Assembly: GCA_033977065.1 (NCBI GenBank)
Contig: JAXCHI010000002.1
Location: 64,001-128,000, forward strand
Direction of reading: 5' to 3'
DNA: 64,000 bases
From: Candidatus Algichlamydia australiensis
Lineage (GTDB): Bacteria; Chlamydiota; Chlamydiia; Chlamydiales; JAJFMI01
The notes beneath the pieces were generated by a model, which saw only the letters and a list, made by a program, of their open reading frames with translations, ran no database searches and was not told the origin of the DNA. The position numbers and the translations under genes were made by a program. Of this stretch, positions 20,509-30,835 are shown piece by piece; within the stretch, counting starts at the first letter, position 1, and each line of letters begins with the position of its first letter.

Positions 20509-21312
20509 ATGTTCGAGAGAGTTGTTGTTTTTTCTGTTTTTGCGTTCAGTGCTCTGTTTTCTAATAGAACTGCTACAGTTGAGGAGGTATTTGAAAGTGA
20601 TCCTTTCATTGGGTCGTATGAGGAGGCGGAAGCGGCAAGAGAATGGGAGAACCGCGCTTTTTTAGCAACCTATCCACGTTCTGGCAATCACTGGATGCGC
20701 TATCTCGTTGAAGAAGCAACAGGAATTGCAACGAGTTCAGTTTATTGTGATCCTGACCCGCAGCATATGGAAAAAGTATTTCCTTGGGGAGGGTACTGTC
20801 TCGATCATGGTTATGAGGGAAATCCAAGATATCCGATGGAAGGCGAAATGGTTTTTTTAAAAACGCATTTTCCGGTCTCTCATATCTCTTTTTTTGATGC
20901 TCTTCCTTATAAAAAAACGGTTCGCATTACTCGCCACCCAGTAGATAGTTTTTACTCTCTTTATCTTTGGATTCAGGATTTTAACAAAGAGTCGGCGGAG
21001 TTTATGATACCGAGGGAAGCGTTAGAAAAATATGTAGGTCAGTGGCGACGTTTTCAGGAGTATTGGGATGAAGCAGAAAACGTGCTGACTATTCGGTATG
21101 AAGATCTTCTTGAAAATCCCAAAGCGAATTTAGAAAATATTCTTAACTATCTTGGCTACCAAGTGAGTAAAGAAGATATTCAACGAGCAGTAAAGAAATA
21201 TCCTCCAACTGGAAAACCACTTAAACATCTTGTGCATTTTACTGAAGATGATCTAGAATTCATCTACGAAAACTTAGATGACTTGATGGAAAAGCATCAA
21301 TACAAAAATTGA
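20509..21312 (+). CDS. Sulfotransferase-domain protein with predicted signal peptide
   Basis: 5'-PSB motif ATYPRSGNHWMR, LKTH, 3'-PB motif RHPVDSFYS and IRYEDL. Confidence 0.85.
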   Translation: MFERVVVFSVFAFSALFSNRTATVEEVFESDPFIGSYEEAEAAREWENRAFLATYPRSGNHWMRYLVEEATGIATSSVYCDPDPQHMEKVFPWGGYCLDHGYEGNPRYPMEGEMVFLKTHFPVSHISFFDALPYKKTVRITRHPVDSFYSLYLWIQDFNKESAEFMIPREALEKYVGQWRRFQEYWDEAENVLTIRYEDLLENPKANLENILNYLGYQVSKEDIQRAVKKYPPTGKPLKHLVHFTEDDLEFIYENLDDLMEKHQYKN

Positions 21313-21638
21313 TCCCAGAAACAAGGTTCAACGAAAAGAGAATGGAGGGAGGTTTCTTCGAGAAAAAATGCTAGACGATTCTCTTTCTCGTAAATAGCAG
21401 TTGTGCCAAGTAGGGTTTTACAGGAAGGGCAGAGTAGTGTTTTGGGGTAGTCTTTTTTTTTCTGAAGATTCATGAAGCTTTTAGGCGCATGAATTCGATC
21501 AAAGTAACAGCGTAGAAGAGGGCCTGGTCCATCTTTTTGGTAGAGAAGAACAATCTCATTGCAACGTGTGCATGAGAGGGCAAGCATGGCAGGTTCACCT
21601 CGTTTTTTTGTAAATTCGTTAATTATAAATTTCATCAA
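21297..21638 (-). CDS. Conserved hypothetical zinc-ribbon protein
   Basis: CTRC...YQKDGPGPLLRCYFDRI...CPSC; coupled to the zntA stop. Confidence 0.7.
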   Translation of the reverse strand: MMKFIINEFTKKRGEPAMLALSCTRCNEIVLLYQKDGPGPLLRCYFDRIHAPKSFMNLQKKKDYPKTLLCPSCKTLLGTTAIYEKENRLAFFLEETSLHSLFVEPCFWDQFLY

Positions 21639-23548
21639 CTCCTTTTGAGTAGACGGAGGCTGTTGAGGCCGACGATGATGGTACCGCCTTCATGAAGGAG
21701 CACGGCCATCCAGAGGGGAACAAGGCCGAGTAGAGCGGGTGTTGTGGCAAGGGCAATAACGCCAAGAGCGAGGACGAGATTTTGGCGGACGATGCTCATG
21801 GTTTTTTTTGCTTTTTTGGTGAGCCAGGAGAGGGAAGAGAGGTCATCGTTTAAGATGACGATGTCAGAGGCTTCGATGGCAGTGTCTGAACCGATAGTAC
21901 CAAGTGAGATGCCGACGTGGGCACGAGCAAGGGCTGGCGCGTCGTTAATGCCATCGCCGACCATTGCAAGCGGTGATTGATCGGAGATTTCTGCGATAAG
22001 ACGCAGTTTATCATCGGGGCGCAGGTTCGCTTTGTAGTTTTGGATGCCGGTGAGGTGGGCGATATTTTTCGCGCTCTCTTCATGATCGCCGGTAAACATG
22101 TAGAGCTCATATTTAGAGAGATTTTGGAGGGCTGTTGCGGTCGATTCGCGCAGCTCATCTTCAAAGTGGAAGGTGTAGATTTGGTTGCCAAGAAGGAGAA
22201 GGGTGACCATTTTTCCCTGGCTTTCAAACTCTGGGCTCTTGCCAAGGAGCGATTCGATAAAAGCAGCGTGACCGATCGCAACGCGCTTGCCCTCAACTTC
22301 TCCCATAAGACCGTAGCCCGCTTTTGATTCAAATTGGGTCAATTTGGGAAGGGCGAGGTTTTCCTCTTTGGCTTTTGTGATGATGGCGTCGGCGATTGGG
22401 TGGTGCGCGTGGCTCTCGAGTGCGGCGGCAATGCTAAGTGCGTCTGGGGAGTGAGGAGTAATTTGAATCAGTTTGAGTTTTCCGGTGGTAAGTGTGCCGG
22501 TTTTATCAAAAGCGATACGCTTGCATTCGGAGAGGGCATCAAGTGTGACGCCGCCTTTGAGAAGGATACCGCGGCGCGCGCAGGCACTCATGCTAGCCAG
22601 ATAAGCGGTGGGGGTTGCGATGATGAGGGCGCAGGGTGAGGCGGCGATGAGGAAAGCGAGGGCGCGATAGAGGGCGCCTTCAGGGCCTAAGAAGGCAAGG
22701 CCAAAGAGAGGAAGGATAAAAGCAAAAAAGGCGGAGATACCAATGATCGAGGTGGCGTAGACGCGGCCAAAGCGATCGAAGAAGCGCTGCAGGCGCGGTT
22801 TGCTCTCTTGCGCCTCTTCCATGAGTTTTACGATGCGTGAGAGCGTAGATTCGCTTGAACTTTTTGCTACTTCAACAGTGAGGCTCCCATCTAAATTTTT
22901 ACTTCCCGCTTGCACCATATCTTCGCTTTTTTTTGGGATGGGAAGGCTCTCTCCTGTGAGGTGGACGAGATTAAGGAAGGAGGAACCAGAGAGGACTTTG
23001 CCGTCAAGGGGGACTGTTTCGCCTGCTTTGATCAGGATTTTTTCGCCAGGTGAGATTTCACGAACGGCTTTTTCAAAATGGGTGCCATCATCAGAGATGA
23101 CGGTGGCAAAGTGGGGGGTGAGTTCATTAAGTTTGTGCAGGGCTCCTTTTGCTTTTGCGGAGACAGCGTGTTCCATAGAGTGTGAAAGGGAAAAGAGAAC
23201 AAGAAGCAGAGCGCCTTCCATTTGCGAGCCAATAAAAAAGGAGAGAAGGGCAGCTAGGGTCATCAGAACGTCAATATTAATTTCAAGCGAGCGTAAATCT
23301 TTGATTGTGTGAATGAGAGCTGGAGTACCAGCTAAAAAGTAGACGATACAGAGGCTAATTGCTGAGAGGTCTCTTTGGAAGAAGGAGAGGATAAAAGAGA
23401 GGGCTAAAAAAAAGGCAGATGCTAAAGAGCTTTTTAAATCGAGATTTTTAGCGACCTTGCGCGAGCGCGGTTTTAAAAAAGGACTAATGCTTTCTGCTTT
23501 TCCTGAGGCGAAGTACTCATCAAAGAGAAAGGGGGAAGTTTTGCTCAT
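21635..23548 (-). CDS. zntA: Heavy-metal P1B-type ATPase
   Basis: LTGES, SPCAL, DKTGTLT, HHP and MVGDGINDAPAL motifs. Confidence 0.92.
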   Translation of the reverse strand: MSKTSPFLFDEYFASGKAESISPFLKPRSRKVAKNLDLKSSLASAFFLALSFILSFFQRDLSAISLCIVYFLAGTPALIHTIKDLRSLEINIDVLMTLAALLSFFIGSQMEGALLLVLFSLSHSMEHAVSAKAKGALHKLNELTPHFATVISDDGTHFEKAVREISPGEKILIKAGETVPLDGKVLSGSSFLNLVHLTGESLPIPKKSEDMVQAGSKNLDGSLTVEVAKSSSESTLSRIVKLMEEAQESKPRLQRFFDRFGRVYATSIIGISAFFAFILPLFGLAFLGPEGALYRALAFLIAASPCALIIATPTAYLASMSACARRGILLKGGVTLDALSECKRIAFDKTGTLTTGKLKLIQITPHSPDALSIAAALESHAHHPIADAIITKAKEENLALPKLTQFESKAGYGLMGEVEGKRVAIGHAAFIESLLGKSPEFESQGKMVTLLLLGNQIYTFHFEDELRESTATALQNLSKYELYMFTGDHEESAKNIAHLTGIQNYKANLRPDDKLRLIAEISDQSPLAMVGDGINDAPALARAHVGISLGTIGSDTAIEASDIVILNDDLSSLSWLTKKAKKTMSIVRQNLVLALGVIALATTPALLGLVPLWMAVLLHEGGTIIVGLNSLRLLKRS

Positions 23549-24279
23549 GCTCCTCCTGCAAATAGGTGGGTGACAAAGTAAGCAACGCCATATGTGAGAG
23601 CAATTAAACTTAGATTCCAGACGGTTGAGGGAATCACTTCGTTTTTACGGCGGCGTGCCATGAGCGCTGAGCTTGCTGCAACAATCAAAAAAGAGGCGAT
23701 GGGAAGTCCATAGGGGAGAAAGAGCGCACCAAGGGCGATACCGCCTGCAAGTAAGATTCCCAGCCCAGCACCAAGCGCTTGTATCAATGGATGATCAAAC
23801 GATTCAAAAGTAAGGCCGAGCTCTTCTTCGAGCATAATCGCAAGAAGACGGTTGTCATCTGCCATCAAAACGTCGATCACTTTTTTTAACAGATCTCCTT
23901 TTAATCCTTTGGCAGCGTACATCTCAGTGAGCTCTTCACGCTCCTGTTCGCGGTGGTGCTCAATTTCAAAGCGCTCCTCCTCAATCAAGCGGTGCAGGCG
24001 GTCAAGGCGTGAGTAAGCGAGTAGCCCGCTTCGGCCTATTTTCCACACAAGGAGTGCAAGGATAAAAAGAGGAAAAAAATAGGGAGGAATTCCTCCGAGC
24101 TGCGGGAGTATAGCAGAAAATAGTAGGAGGTAGACTGCGGTCTCTTTTGCGCTATCACAAAAAGCAACAAAGCTGCCTGGCGCTTCTGTACCGTGAATTT
24201 CAGCAGAGGCGTGAGCGCCTTTAAGGCGGGCTGCTTTTAAATGCTCTGCTGCACTTTTCCCTTCAAAGTGGTTACACAT
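23545..24279 (-). CDS. VIT1/CCC1 family Fe/Mn transporter
   Basis: EEERFEIEHHREQEREELTEMYAAKG...MLEEELG; chlamydial synteny serS-VIT1-zntA. Start taken at MCNHF. Confidence 0.82.
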   Translation of the reverse strand: MCNHFEGKSAAEHLKAARLKGAHASAEIHGTEAPGSFVAFCDSAKETAVYLLLFSAILPQLGGIPPYFFPLFILALLVWKIGRSGLLAYSRLDRLHRLIEEERFEIEHHREQEREELTEMYAAKGLKGDLLKKVIDVLMADDNRLLAIMLEEELGLTFESFDHPLIQALGAGLGILLAGGIALGALFLPYGLPIASFLIVAASSALMARRRKNEVIPSTVWNLSLIALTYGVAYFVTHLFAGGA

Positions 24280-25546
24280 GAATTTCTGAGATGCCTCCAA
24301 GGTAGGGTTGCAGAGCTTTTGGTATGGCAATGGAACCATCTTCACGCTGGTTATTTTCAAGTAGAGCTACAAACAATCGCGCAGTCGCAACTCCTGAGCC
24401 GTTGAGCGTGTGCACAAGTTGCGGTTTTTCTCCTTTTTCACGGAAACGCGTTTTAGAGCGTCGCGCTTGGAAATCACGGCAGTTAGAAACAGAGGAGACT
24501 TCGTAGTAGCGATCTTGACCGGGGAGGAAGACTTCGACATCGACCGTACGTGAGGCAGGAAAGGACATGTCACCTGTGACGAGCAGCATGCTGCGATAAT
24601 GGAGCTCTAACCCTTCTAAAATTTCTTCCGCGCTGCGTACCATCTTTTCAAACATCGCATCGCTCTCTTCTGGTTTTGTAAAGCAGTACATCTCTACTTT
24701 ATTGAATTGGTGGACGCGGATTAAGCCGCGCTCGGTGCTGCCAGCAGCACCTGCTTCGCGACGAAAACAGGGAGTATAGGTAGTGTAACGTTTAGGGAGT
24801 TCTTCTGCATCTAAAATTTCATCGAGGTGAAGGCCGTTGAGGGGGACCTCACCAGTAGGGATAAGCATTAAGGGGTAGTCTGGATCTTCTAGCTTAAAAA
24901 GCTGCTCTTCGAATTTGGGAAGTTGTCCGGCGCCCATCATTGCATCGCGTTTGACAAGGTAGGGAGTGAGGATAAATTCAAATCCATTTTTAATATGTGT
25001 CTCAATCATGTAATTGAGCAGTGCAAGCTCAAGACGCGCTCCGAGGTCGCGATAGACGGGCCAGCCGCTGCCACTGATTTTGGCACCTCTTTTGAAATCG
25101 AGTAGATGATGCTTTTCAGCGAGTTCCAGATGATTTTTTGGCATAAAGGAAAAATTTTTCTTTTCGCCGTGAGTCTTGATACAGACGTTATCAGCCGGAT
25201 CTAAAGAAATTTTTACATCAGGATCGGGCAAATTAGGCAAACGAGCGAGAGAGTCTTGCAGCTGCTCTTCAACACTTCGCATCTCGTGCTCAAGTTTTTG
25301 AATTTCATCTCCAAGACCACCTACTTCCTTCATAATCGCGCTCGTATCTTCTCCAGCGCGCTTTTTTTCGCCAATCATCTTGGAGGTTTTTTTTAGCTGT
25401 GAGCGCATCTCTTCGACTTGCAAAAGAAGATTGCGGTGCTGCTCATCTAGCTTTAAGATAGGAGTTAAAGAAATTTCTTTTTCTTTCGTTCTCAGTCGCT
25501 TTTCGATCTCTTCAGGGTGTTCACGAATTTCTTTAATGTTGAGCAT
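24272..25546 (-). CDS. serS: Seryl-tRNA synthetase
   Basis: LIPTGEVPL, CFRREAGAAG...RGLIRVHQFNKVEM, EVSSVSNCRDFQARR and HTLNGSG motifs. Confidence 0.97.
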   Translation of the reverse strand: MLNIKEIREHPEEIEKRLRTKEKEISLTPILKLDEQHRNLLLQVEEMRSQLKKTSKMIGEKKRAGEDTSAIMKEVGGLGDEIQKLEHEMRSVEEQLQDSLARLPNLPDPDVKISLDPADNVCIKTHGEKKNFSFMPKNHLELAEKHHLLDFKRGAKISGSGWPVYRDLGARLELALLNYMIETHIKNGFEFILTPYLVKRDAMMGAGQLPKFEEQLFKLEDPDYPLMLIPTGEVPLNGLHLDEILDAEELPKRYTTYTPCFRREAGAAGSTERGLIRVHQFNKVEMYCFTKPEESDAMFEKMVRSAEEILEGLELHYRSMLLVTGDMSFPASRTVDVEVFLPGQDRYYEVSSVSNCRDFQARRSKTRFREKGEKPQLVHTLNGSGVATARLFVALLENNQREDGSIAIPKALQPYLGGISEIHV

Positions 25547-25668
25547 ATTTGCCAGCCTTTTCGTCTAATCATAGTACAGGAAGAGGAAAATTGGGAGTCA
25601 AAAATTTTTTACCTTGTAAAAAGGGGAAAAATATGGTATAAGTAGAGTACTTAACTGACAAAATTTTC

Positions 25669-26763
25669 ATGAATAAAGCAAAATCTTTACCTCAGGCAAA
25701 ATCTCCTTTAATTCTTCGATTTCATCGATTTATGGATGCATTTTCAAAATCCGATGATGAGCGCGATTTCTATCTCGATCGACTAGAGGGTTTTTTGCTC
25801 TATATCGACCTCGACAAATCGGAAGAGGAGCTTGCTGCTTGCGATAAAGAGCTAAAAGAGCAGGGCGATCGCTTTGTTATGCTTCCTAAGATGACGTTTT
25901 TCGAAACAAAAAAGTTTATGGAAGGATTTGTTCAGGAAAAAGTGTACGATATCGATGTTAAGGAAAAGCTTCTCGATATTATTTCCGGGAAAGAGGCGCG
26001 AGAAAATTTTCTAGAATTTATTTACGATCATGTCACGGAGATCGAACGTTGGCAGCAGTACTATCATGAACGCTCACGCATTCGCATTATTGAGTGGTTG
26101 CGTACCATCGACTTTCAATTTGTTTTTGAAGAGGATTTAGAGCTACCTAAATTAGTTGTACGCCAACTTAAAGAGCAGCTTTTCCAAGGGAAAGTCTCTA
26201 AAGAGCTAGATTCAGCCCGCCAAACCATTGAGACAAAATCAAAAGTCTACTACTCCAACGAAGCTCTCAATCCAAGACCCAAGAGAGGTCGCCCTCCAAA
26301 ACAGCAGCAGAAAGTTGAACTTGAACCGCAACTCTCAGAAGATCTCTACATGCAGGTCCCATCAACAATGCGACCTTTCCTCTTTATGCCAGACTTTAGC
26401 AGTTCAACAGTGACTTTCTCAGCGAAATTTGATACTGAAGCGCAGTTTCTTGCCTCACTTAAAGGAACGACAACAAAAGTTGATACGCGTCTTGAGGCCC
26501 TCTCTCAACGTTTGGAATCTCTACGCCACCTCTCTGCAAAAATTAAAGGAGTACCAGAACTTGGAGGAGAAGAAGATAAAATCATCCAAGCTATTGCTCC
26601 TGAAGGAGGAGGAGATGCTCTTTCTGGCATTGCCAAAGGATTATTTCCTAAAAAGCGTAGCGCACCACCAAAAGAAGCAAAAGAGATTGGTGAATACCTT
26701 GCTAAAAAACGCCAAGCAAAAATTAAAAAGGTCTCCCAGATTACGAAGAAAAAGAAACAATGA
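25669..26763 (+). CDS. UPF0158 family chlamydial protein
   Basis: FMDAFSKSDDERDFYLDRLEGF and YYSNEALNPRPKRGRPPKQ resemble the conserved chlamydial UPF0158 protein (from memory). Confidence 0.78.
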   Translation: MNKAKSLPQAKSPLILRFHRFMDAFSKSDDERDFYLDRLEGFLLYIDLDKSEEELAACDKELKEQGDRFVMLPKMTFFETKKFMEGFVQEKVYDIDVKEKLLDIISGKEARENFLEFIYDHVTEIERWQQYYHERSRIRIIEWLRTIDFQFVFEEDLELPKLVVRQLKEQLFQGKVSKELDSARQTIETKSKVYYSNEALNPRPKRGRPPKQQQKVELEPQLSEDLYMQVPSTMRPFLFMPDFSSSTVTFSAKFDTEAQFLASLKGTTTKVDTRLEALSQRLESLRHLSAKIKGVPELGGEEDKIIQAIAPEGGGDALSGIAKGLFPKKRSAPPKEAKEIGEYLAKKRQAKIKKVSQITKKKKQ

Positions 26764-28766
26764 GCGCCACATTAACCCAACCTACTCTTGATATTGTTGC
26801 TGCTTACCGCCGTTCCCTGCTGTGCCGTCTGGTTGATGATAAAATGTCAAAGATGGTGCGCCAGAATAAGGGTGGAACGTTCCATCTCTGCATCAATGGT
26901 CATGAGTTGATTGGAGTTTTTGGCGGAATGACTCTGGTTCCTGGGAAAGATTGGGGACTGCCTTACTATCGCGATCGCGGCTTTGCTCTCGGACTTGGTG
27001 TTGACACAACAGAGCTCTTTGCCGCTTTTTTGGCGCGCGATGTCAAAAACCACTCTGGTGGCAAACAGATGCCAGAGCACTATTCAGACGTAGATCTGCG
27101 TATTCCCTGCCAGTCAAGTGTGGTTGGCTCACAGTTTTTGCAAGCAACAGGTGTAGCGCTAAGTGCTAAGCTTTCTGGCAAAGATGAGATTGTCTATGTC
27201 TCTGCTGGTGATGGCGCCACTTCTCAGGGTGACTTCCACGAAGCACTCAATTTTGCAGCTCTTCATAAACTTGGTGTGCTTTTTGTTATTCAAGATAATG
27301 ATTGGGCGATCTCGGTTCCTCGCAGTGAACAGATGTGCAATCCCTCCATTGCTGAGCGCGCAAAGAATTACACGGGGCTTGCCACTTTTGAAATTGATGG
27401 TACAGATCCGCAAGAACTTTTAGATGCCTACTCTCAAGCAGCAACAAGAGCACGTGCAGGAGAGGGACCAGCTCTTATTGTAGCAAAAGTGCCGCGCATT
27501 GGTGCGCATAGCATTAGCGACGATCCCAAAAAATACAAATCGATCGAACACGTCGAAGAAGATGAGAAGCGTGATCCACTACCGCGCTTTGAAAAGTGGC
27601 TTATTGAAAATGGTCACTTGACCCAGGAGCAAATTACTGCCCTTCATGCTGAGGTCAAAGAGGAAGTTGAAACCGCTGCCAAAGAAGCGGAAGAGTTTCC
27701 AAAACCTGATAGCGAAAATCACGAAGTCTTTGCTCCACACGGGCTTATTGAGAAGAGAAGCTGCCCCATTTCAAAAACAGATATTGTAATTGTCGATGCG
27801 ATTAACCACGCTCTTCATGAAGAGCTAGAATCAGATAGAAGAGTTGTCGCATTTGGACAAGATGTAGCCCATGGAAAGGGAGGCGTCTTTGGTGTAACGG
27901 CGAAACTAACCGAAACTTTTGGTACTAAACGCTGTTTTAATACACCACTTGCTGAATCCACTATCTCAGGAATCGCCATGGGTCTCTCTATGGCAGGTTA
28001 CCGCCCTGTTGCAGAAATGCAATTTTCTGATTACATGTGGACAGGTATTAACCAAATTTTTAACGAGATCTCCTCTCTCTACTACCGCTCTAACGGACTT
28101 TGGAATTGTCCGCTTGTCATCCGTATGCCGTGTGGCGGTTATATTCAAGGGGGACCTTACCACTCGCAGTCAGTTGAAGCCTTTCTTGCTCACTGCCCAG
28201 GGCTCAAAATTGCGATTCCAAGTAATGCGGCTGATGCGAAACGTTTGATGAAAGCAGCGATCCGCGATCCAAATCCCGTGATCTTCCTTGAGCATAAAGC
28301 TCTCTATCGCCAACGTCTCTATTCAGCAAAGCCAGAACCAGCAAAAGAGGATCTTCTTCCCCTTGGCAAAGCCCACATTGTGCATGAAGGCGAAGATCTA
28401 ACACTCATTACTTACGGCATGCTTGTGCCAATGGCTTTTGAGATCGCTAACCAGCTAGCTAAAGAGGGTATTTCGCTTGAAGTGATTGACCTGCGCACCA
28501 TCGTGCCACTCGATCGCGAAACGATCTTAACCTCGGTTAAGAAAACAGGAAAAGTGCTCATTGCGCATGAAGCTGTCAAACATGGCGGTTTTGGAGCAGA
28601 AATTGCAGCGCAAATCTCTGAAGAGCTCTTTCCTTATCTCGATGCACCCATCAAACGTATTGGCGCACGCAACTGTCCTGTGCCCTACAACAAAGAGATG
28701 GAAGCTTCCGTTCTTCCCCAAAAATCTGATATAGAGAAAGCAGTTAAAGAGTTGGCGAGTTACTAA
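26760..28766 (+). CDS. 2-oxoacid (2-oxoisovalerate/pyruvate) dehydrogenase E1, fused alpha/beta
   Basis: TPP motif GDGATSQGDFHEALNFA...DNDWAIS; beta-half FNTPLAES, GGPYHSQS and EVIDLRTIVPLD. Confidence 0.93.
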   Translation: MSATLTQPTLDIVAAYRRSLLCRLVDDKMSKMVRQNKGGTFHLCINGHELIGVFGGMTLVPGKDWGLPYYRDRGFALGLGVDTTELFAAFLARDVKNHSGGKQMPEHYSDVDLRIPCQSSVVGSQFLQATGVALSAKLSGKDEIVYVSAGDGATSQGDFHEALNFAALHKLGVLFVIQDNDWAISVPRSEQMCNPSIAERAKNYTGLATFEIDGTDPQELLDAYSQAATRARAGEGPALIVAKVPRIGAHSISDDPKKYKSIEHVEEDEKRDPLPRFEKWLIENGHLTQEQITALHAEVKEEVETAAKEAEEFPKPDSENHEVFAPHGLIEKRSCPISKTDIVIVDAINHALHEELESDRRVVAFGQDVAHGKGGVFGVTAKLTETFGTKRCFNTPLAESTISGIAMGLSMAGYRPVAEMQFSDYMWTGINQIFNEISSLYYRSNGLWNCPLVIRMPCGGYIQGGPYHSQSVEAFLAHCPGLKIAIPSNAADAKRLMKAAIRDPNPVIFLEHKALYRQRLYSAKPEPAKEDLLPLGKAHIVHEGEDLTLITYGMLVPMAFEIANQLAKEGISLEVIDLRTIVPLDRETILTSVKKTGKVLIAHEAVKHGGFGAEIAAQISEELFPYLDAPIKRIGARNCPVPYNKEMEASVLPQKSDIEKAVKELASY

Positions 28767-28839
28767 AAAAGTATTTATGCAGGCAAGGGGGCACTGCCCC
28801 TCTCTGACCGAGCGAGGCAATGCAAGATATTTCTAACGA

Positions 28840-29328
28840 CTAAAGAACGTCTAAAGCGGTATCGATAACTGATTTTGCTGACTTATACGCATACCAAGTC
28901 AATTTCTTGTATGAGGCTACATCATCTGATTGAACCTCTGCAAACGCTTCATTTATCGCTTCCTTAAACTTGTCTTTGTCATTGATTCTATTTAGTGAAG
29001 TAAAGCAATCCTGAATCTCACTAAAAACTGTCTCTTTTACTTGATCAACTGTTTTCTTAGGAAGCGAGTCATATAAAGAACTAAAAATCTCATTAACACC
29101 TTTTTTAGCAAGAGAGAGAACTTCCGTTCTTTTCTTTGCCTTACGAATCTTTAGGCAATACTTGACCTCTATTGCTTTGTAAGTGGTGTGTTTGTATAAA
29201 ACGTAGGGCTTGTATTGGGCAGGGATTGAAAAAGTAGCCGCATCCAGAGTGTTTGGTGAAGCAATGGACAAAATCGTAAACGCCGAAATTGAAAGTAGAG
29301 CTCTCGCTGTTTTGTTAGCAAACAACAT
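28840..29328 (-). CDS. Hypothetical secreted protein
   Basis: 162-aa ORF with an N-terminal signal-like segment and SD GGAGG upstream. Confidence 0.65.
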   Translation of the reverse strand: MLFANKTARALLSISAFTILSIASPNTLDAATFSIPAQYKPYVLYKHTTYKAIEVKYCLKIRKAKKRTEVLSLAKKGVNEIFSSLYDSLPKKTVDQVKETVFSEIQDCFTSLNRINDKDKFKEAINEAFAEVQSDDVASYKKLTWYAYKSAKSVIDTALDVL

Positions 29329-29440
29329 AATTTAACCTCCGTTTTGTTTTTTGTTTTAATTTACGTTTGAAAATGTACCTGAAAGTTTTTAATACGTCAA
29401 ATTTATGAAATAGAAGTCTTTCTCTGTTAATTAGGACATT

Positions 29441-29545
29441 TTGGTGCACGTAACTGTCCTGTGCCCTATACCAAAGAGATGAAAGCTTCTGTTTTTCCCA
29501 AAAAACCTGATATATAGAGCAGGTAAGGTACTTGCTTGTTATTAA
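29441..29545 (+). pseudogene. Degenerate duplicate of the 3' end of the E1 alpha/beta gene
   Basis: TTGGTGCACGTAACTGTCCTGTGCCCTATACCAAAGAGATG... aligns to 28660-28766. Confidence 0.85.
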
Positions 29546-29556
29546 GGAGATTCTTT

Positions 29557-30456
29557 ATGCTCGCTTTTGCCATGATGCATAAGTATTTAGATCCCAAGAA
29601 CGACATTGCGTTTAAGAAGATCTTTGGTGAAGAAAAGAATAAAGAGATTCCCATCGATTTTTTAAACTCTGCACTCAGCCTTGAAGGGAAGGATCGCATC
29701 ATCGATCTTGAATTTCTAAATCCTGTTCAGCCACCAGAAATCGCAGCAAAGAAAGAGAGCATAGTTGATGTATTGGTTCGTGATGATAATGGCTTTCGCT
29801 ATATTATTGAAATGCAAGTCGCAAAGATTCCCGGCTTTGAAAAGCGAGCGCAGTACTATGCTGCAAAGACGTATTGCACCCACTTCAATTCAGGAGGCGA
29901 ATACAAAGAACTTAAGAAAGTTGTGTTTCTTGCTATCACAGACTATGTGCTTTTTCCTGAAAAAGATGACTACAAGTCGATGCATCTCACAATTGATACA
30001 AAAACAGGAGAAAATGATCTACAAGATTTCTCTTTTACGTTTGTAGAGTTGCCTAAATTTACAAAGAAAGAGCATGAGTTAAAAACCGTTGAAGAGAAGT
30101 GGTACTATTTTTTAAAGACCGCGCCGGAATTTAATGATGTTTCAGAGGTTTTAGTCGCGCATTCAGAAATTGCACAGGCATACAAAATTTTGGATCGCTT
30201 CAACTGGACTGATCAAGAGCTTATGATTTACGACCGCGTCATCATGGCAAATATTGATGCCAAGGCAAAATTACGTGGAGCACGTGAAGAAGGACTAGCA
30301 GAAGGTATAGAAAAAGGCGAAAAGAAAAAAGCAATGGAAATTGCAAAAAGTCTTCTTAAGGAAGGTCTCGCAATTTCTATGGTGATCAAATCTACAGGAT
30401 TGCAAAAGGAAGAAGTAGAAAAATTAGCCTCTGCATTTGCGACGGCGGGCGATTGA
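29557..30456 (+). CDS. Rpn family recombination-promoting nuclease / PD-(D/E)XK putative transposase
   Basis: LDPKNDIAFKKIFG, SIVDVLV...IIEMQV, RAQYYAAK, FTFVELPKF and C-terminal EEG..EG.EKG...IAKSLL. Start uncertain (29557 or 29572). Confidence 0.92.
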   Translation: MLAFAMMHKYLDPKNDIAFKKIFGEEKNKEIPIDFLNSALSLEGKDRIIDLEFLNPVQPPEIAAKKESIVDVLVRDDNGFRYIIEMQVAKIPGFEKRAQYYAAKTYCTHFNSGGEYKELKKVVFLAITDYVLFPEKDDYKSMHLTIDTKTGENDLQDFSFTFVELPKFTKKEHELKTVEEKWYYFLKTAPEFNDVSEVLVAHSEIAQAYKILDRFNWTDQELMIYDRVIMANIDAKAKLRGAREEGLAEGIEKGEKKKAMEIAKSLLKEGLAISMVIKSTGLQKEEVEKLASAFATAGD

Positions 30457-30765
30457 ACGCTTGATCACGCGCGCTCTGCGCTTTTGAACTGTAGGTGCAA
30501 TGGCACCTAAATCGGCAATCTGCAAGATTTTTGTGCGCACAGCTGCAATCCGTTTTTCAAGTGTTGTGGTAGGACGCTCTTTAGCAATAAGCGCATCCAT
30601 ATGATCAAGATGTGAAAGGAGACCCACCTGCATTTTGTGTAGTGCATGATACTCTTCTGTAAACAGAGCATTTCCTTCAATGCTTTTAAGTGCCGCCTCA
30701 TTTTTTGAAATGCGCTCTGCCGTACTCTCTAGGTCTTCGACCATCTCTGCTACAGATGTTAACAT
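30424..30765 (-). CDS. Hypothetical helical protein
   Basis: 3' part of the 192-aa ORF that does not overlap the opposite-strand hydrolase (MLTSVAEMVEDLE...). Confidence 0.55.
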   Translation of the reverse strand: MLTSVAEMVEDLESTAERISKNEAALKSIEGNALFTEEYHALHKMQVGLLSHLDHMDALIAKERPTTTLEKRIAAVRTKILQIADLGAIAPTVQKRRARVIKRSIARRRKCRG

Positions 30766-30835
30766 TTTTACAACTCCACTTGACCCACCTTTTATTGATA
30801 ACACAATAAAAAGGCAACATGATAAAAAGGATGAG

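Noticed and set aside
29557..30456. Rpn protein as the transposase for the TA-flanked elements
   Set aside because: It is not flanked by any of the TIRs, and I know of no evidence that Rpn nucleases produce TA duplications.
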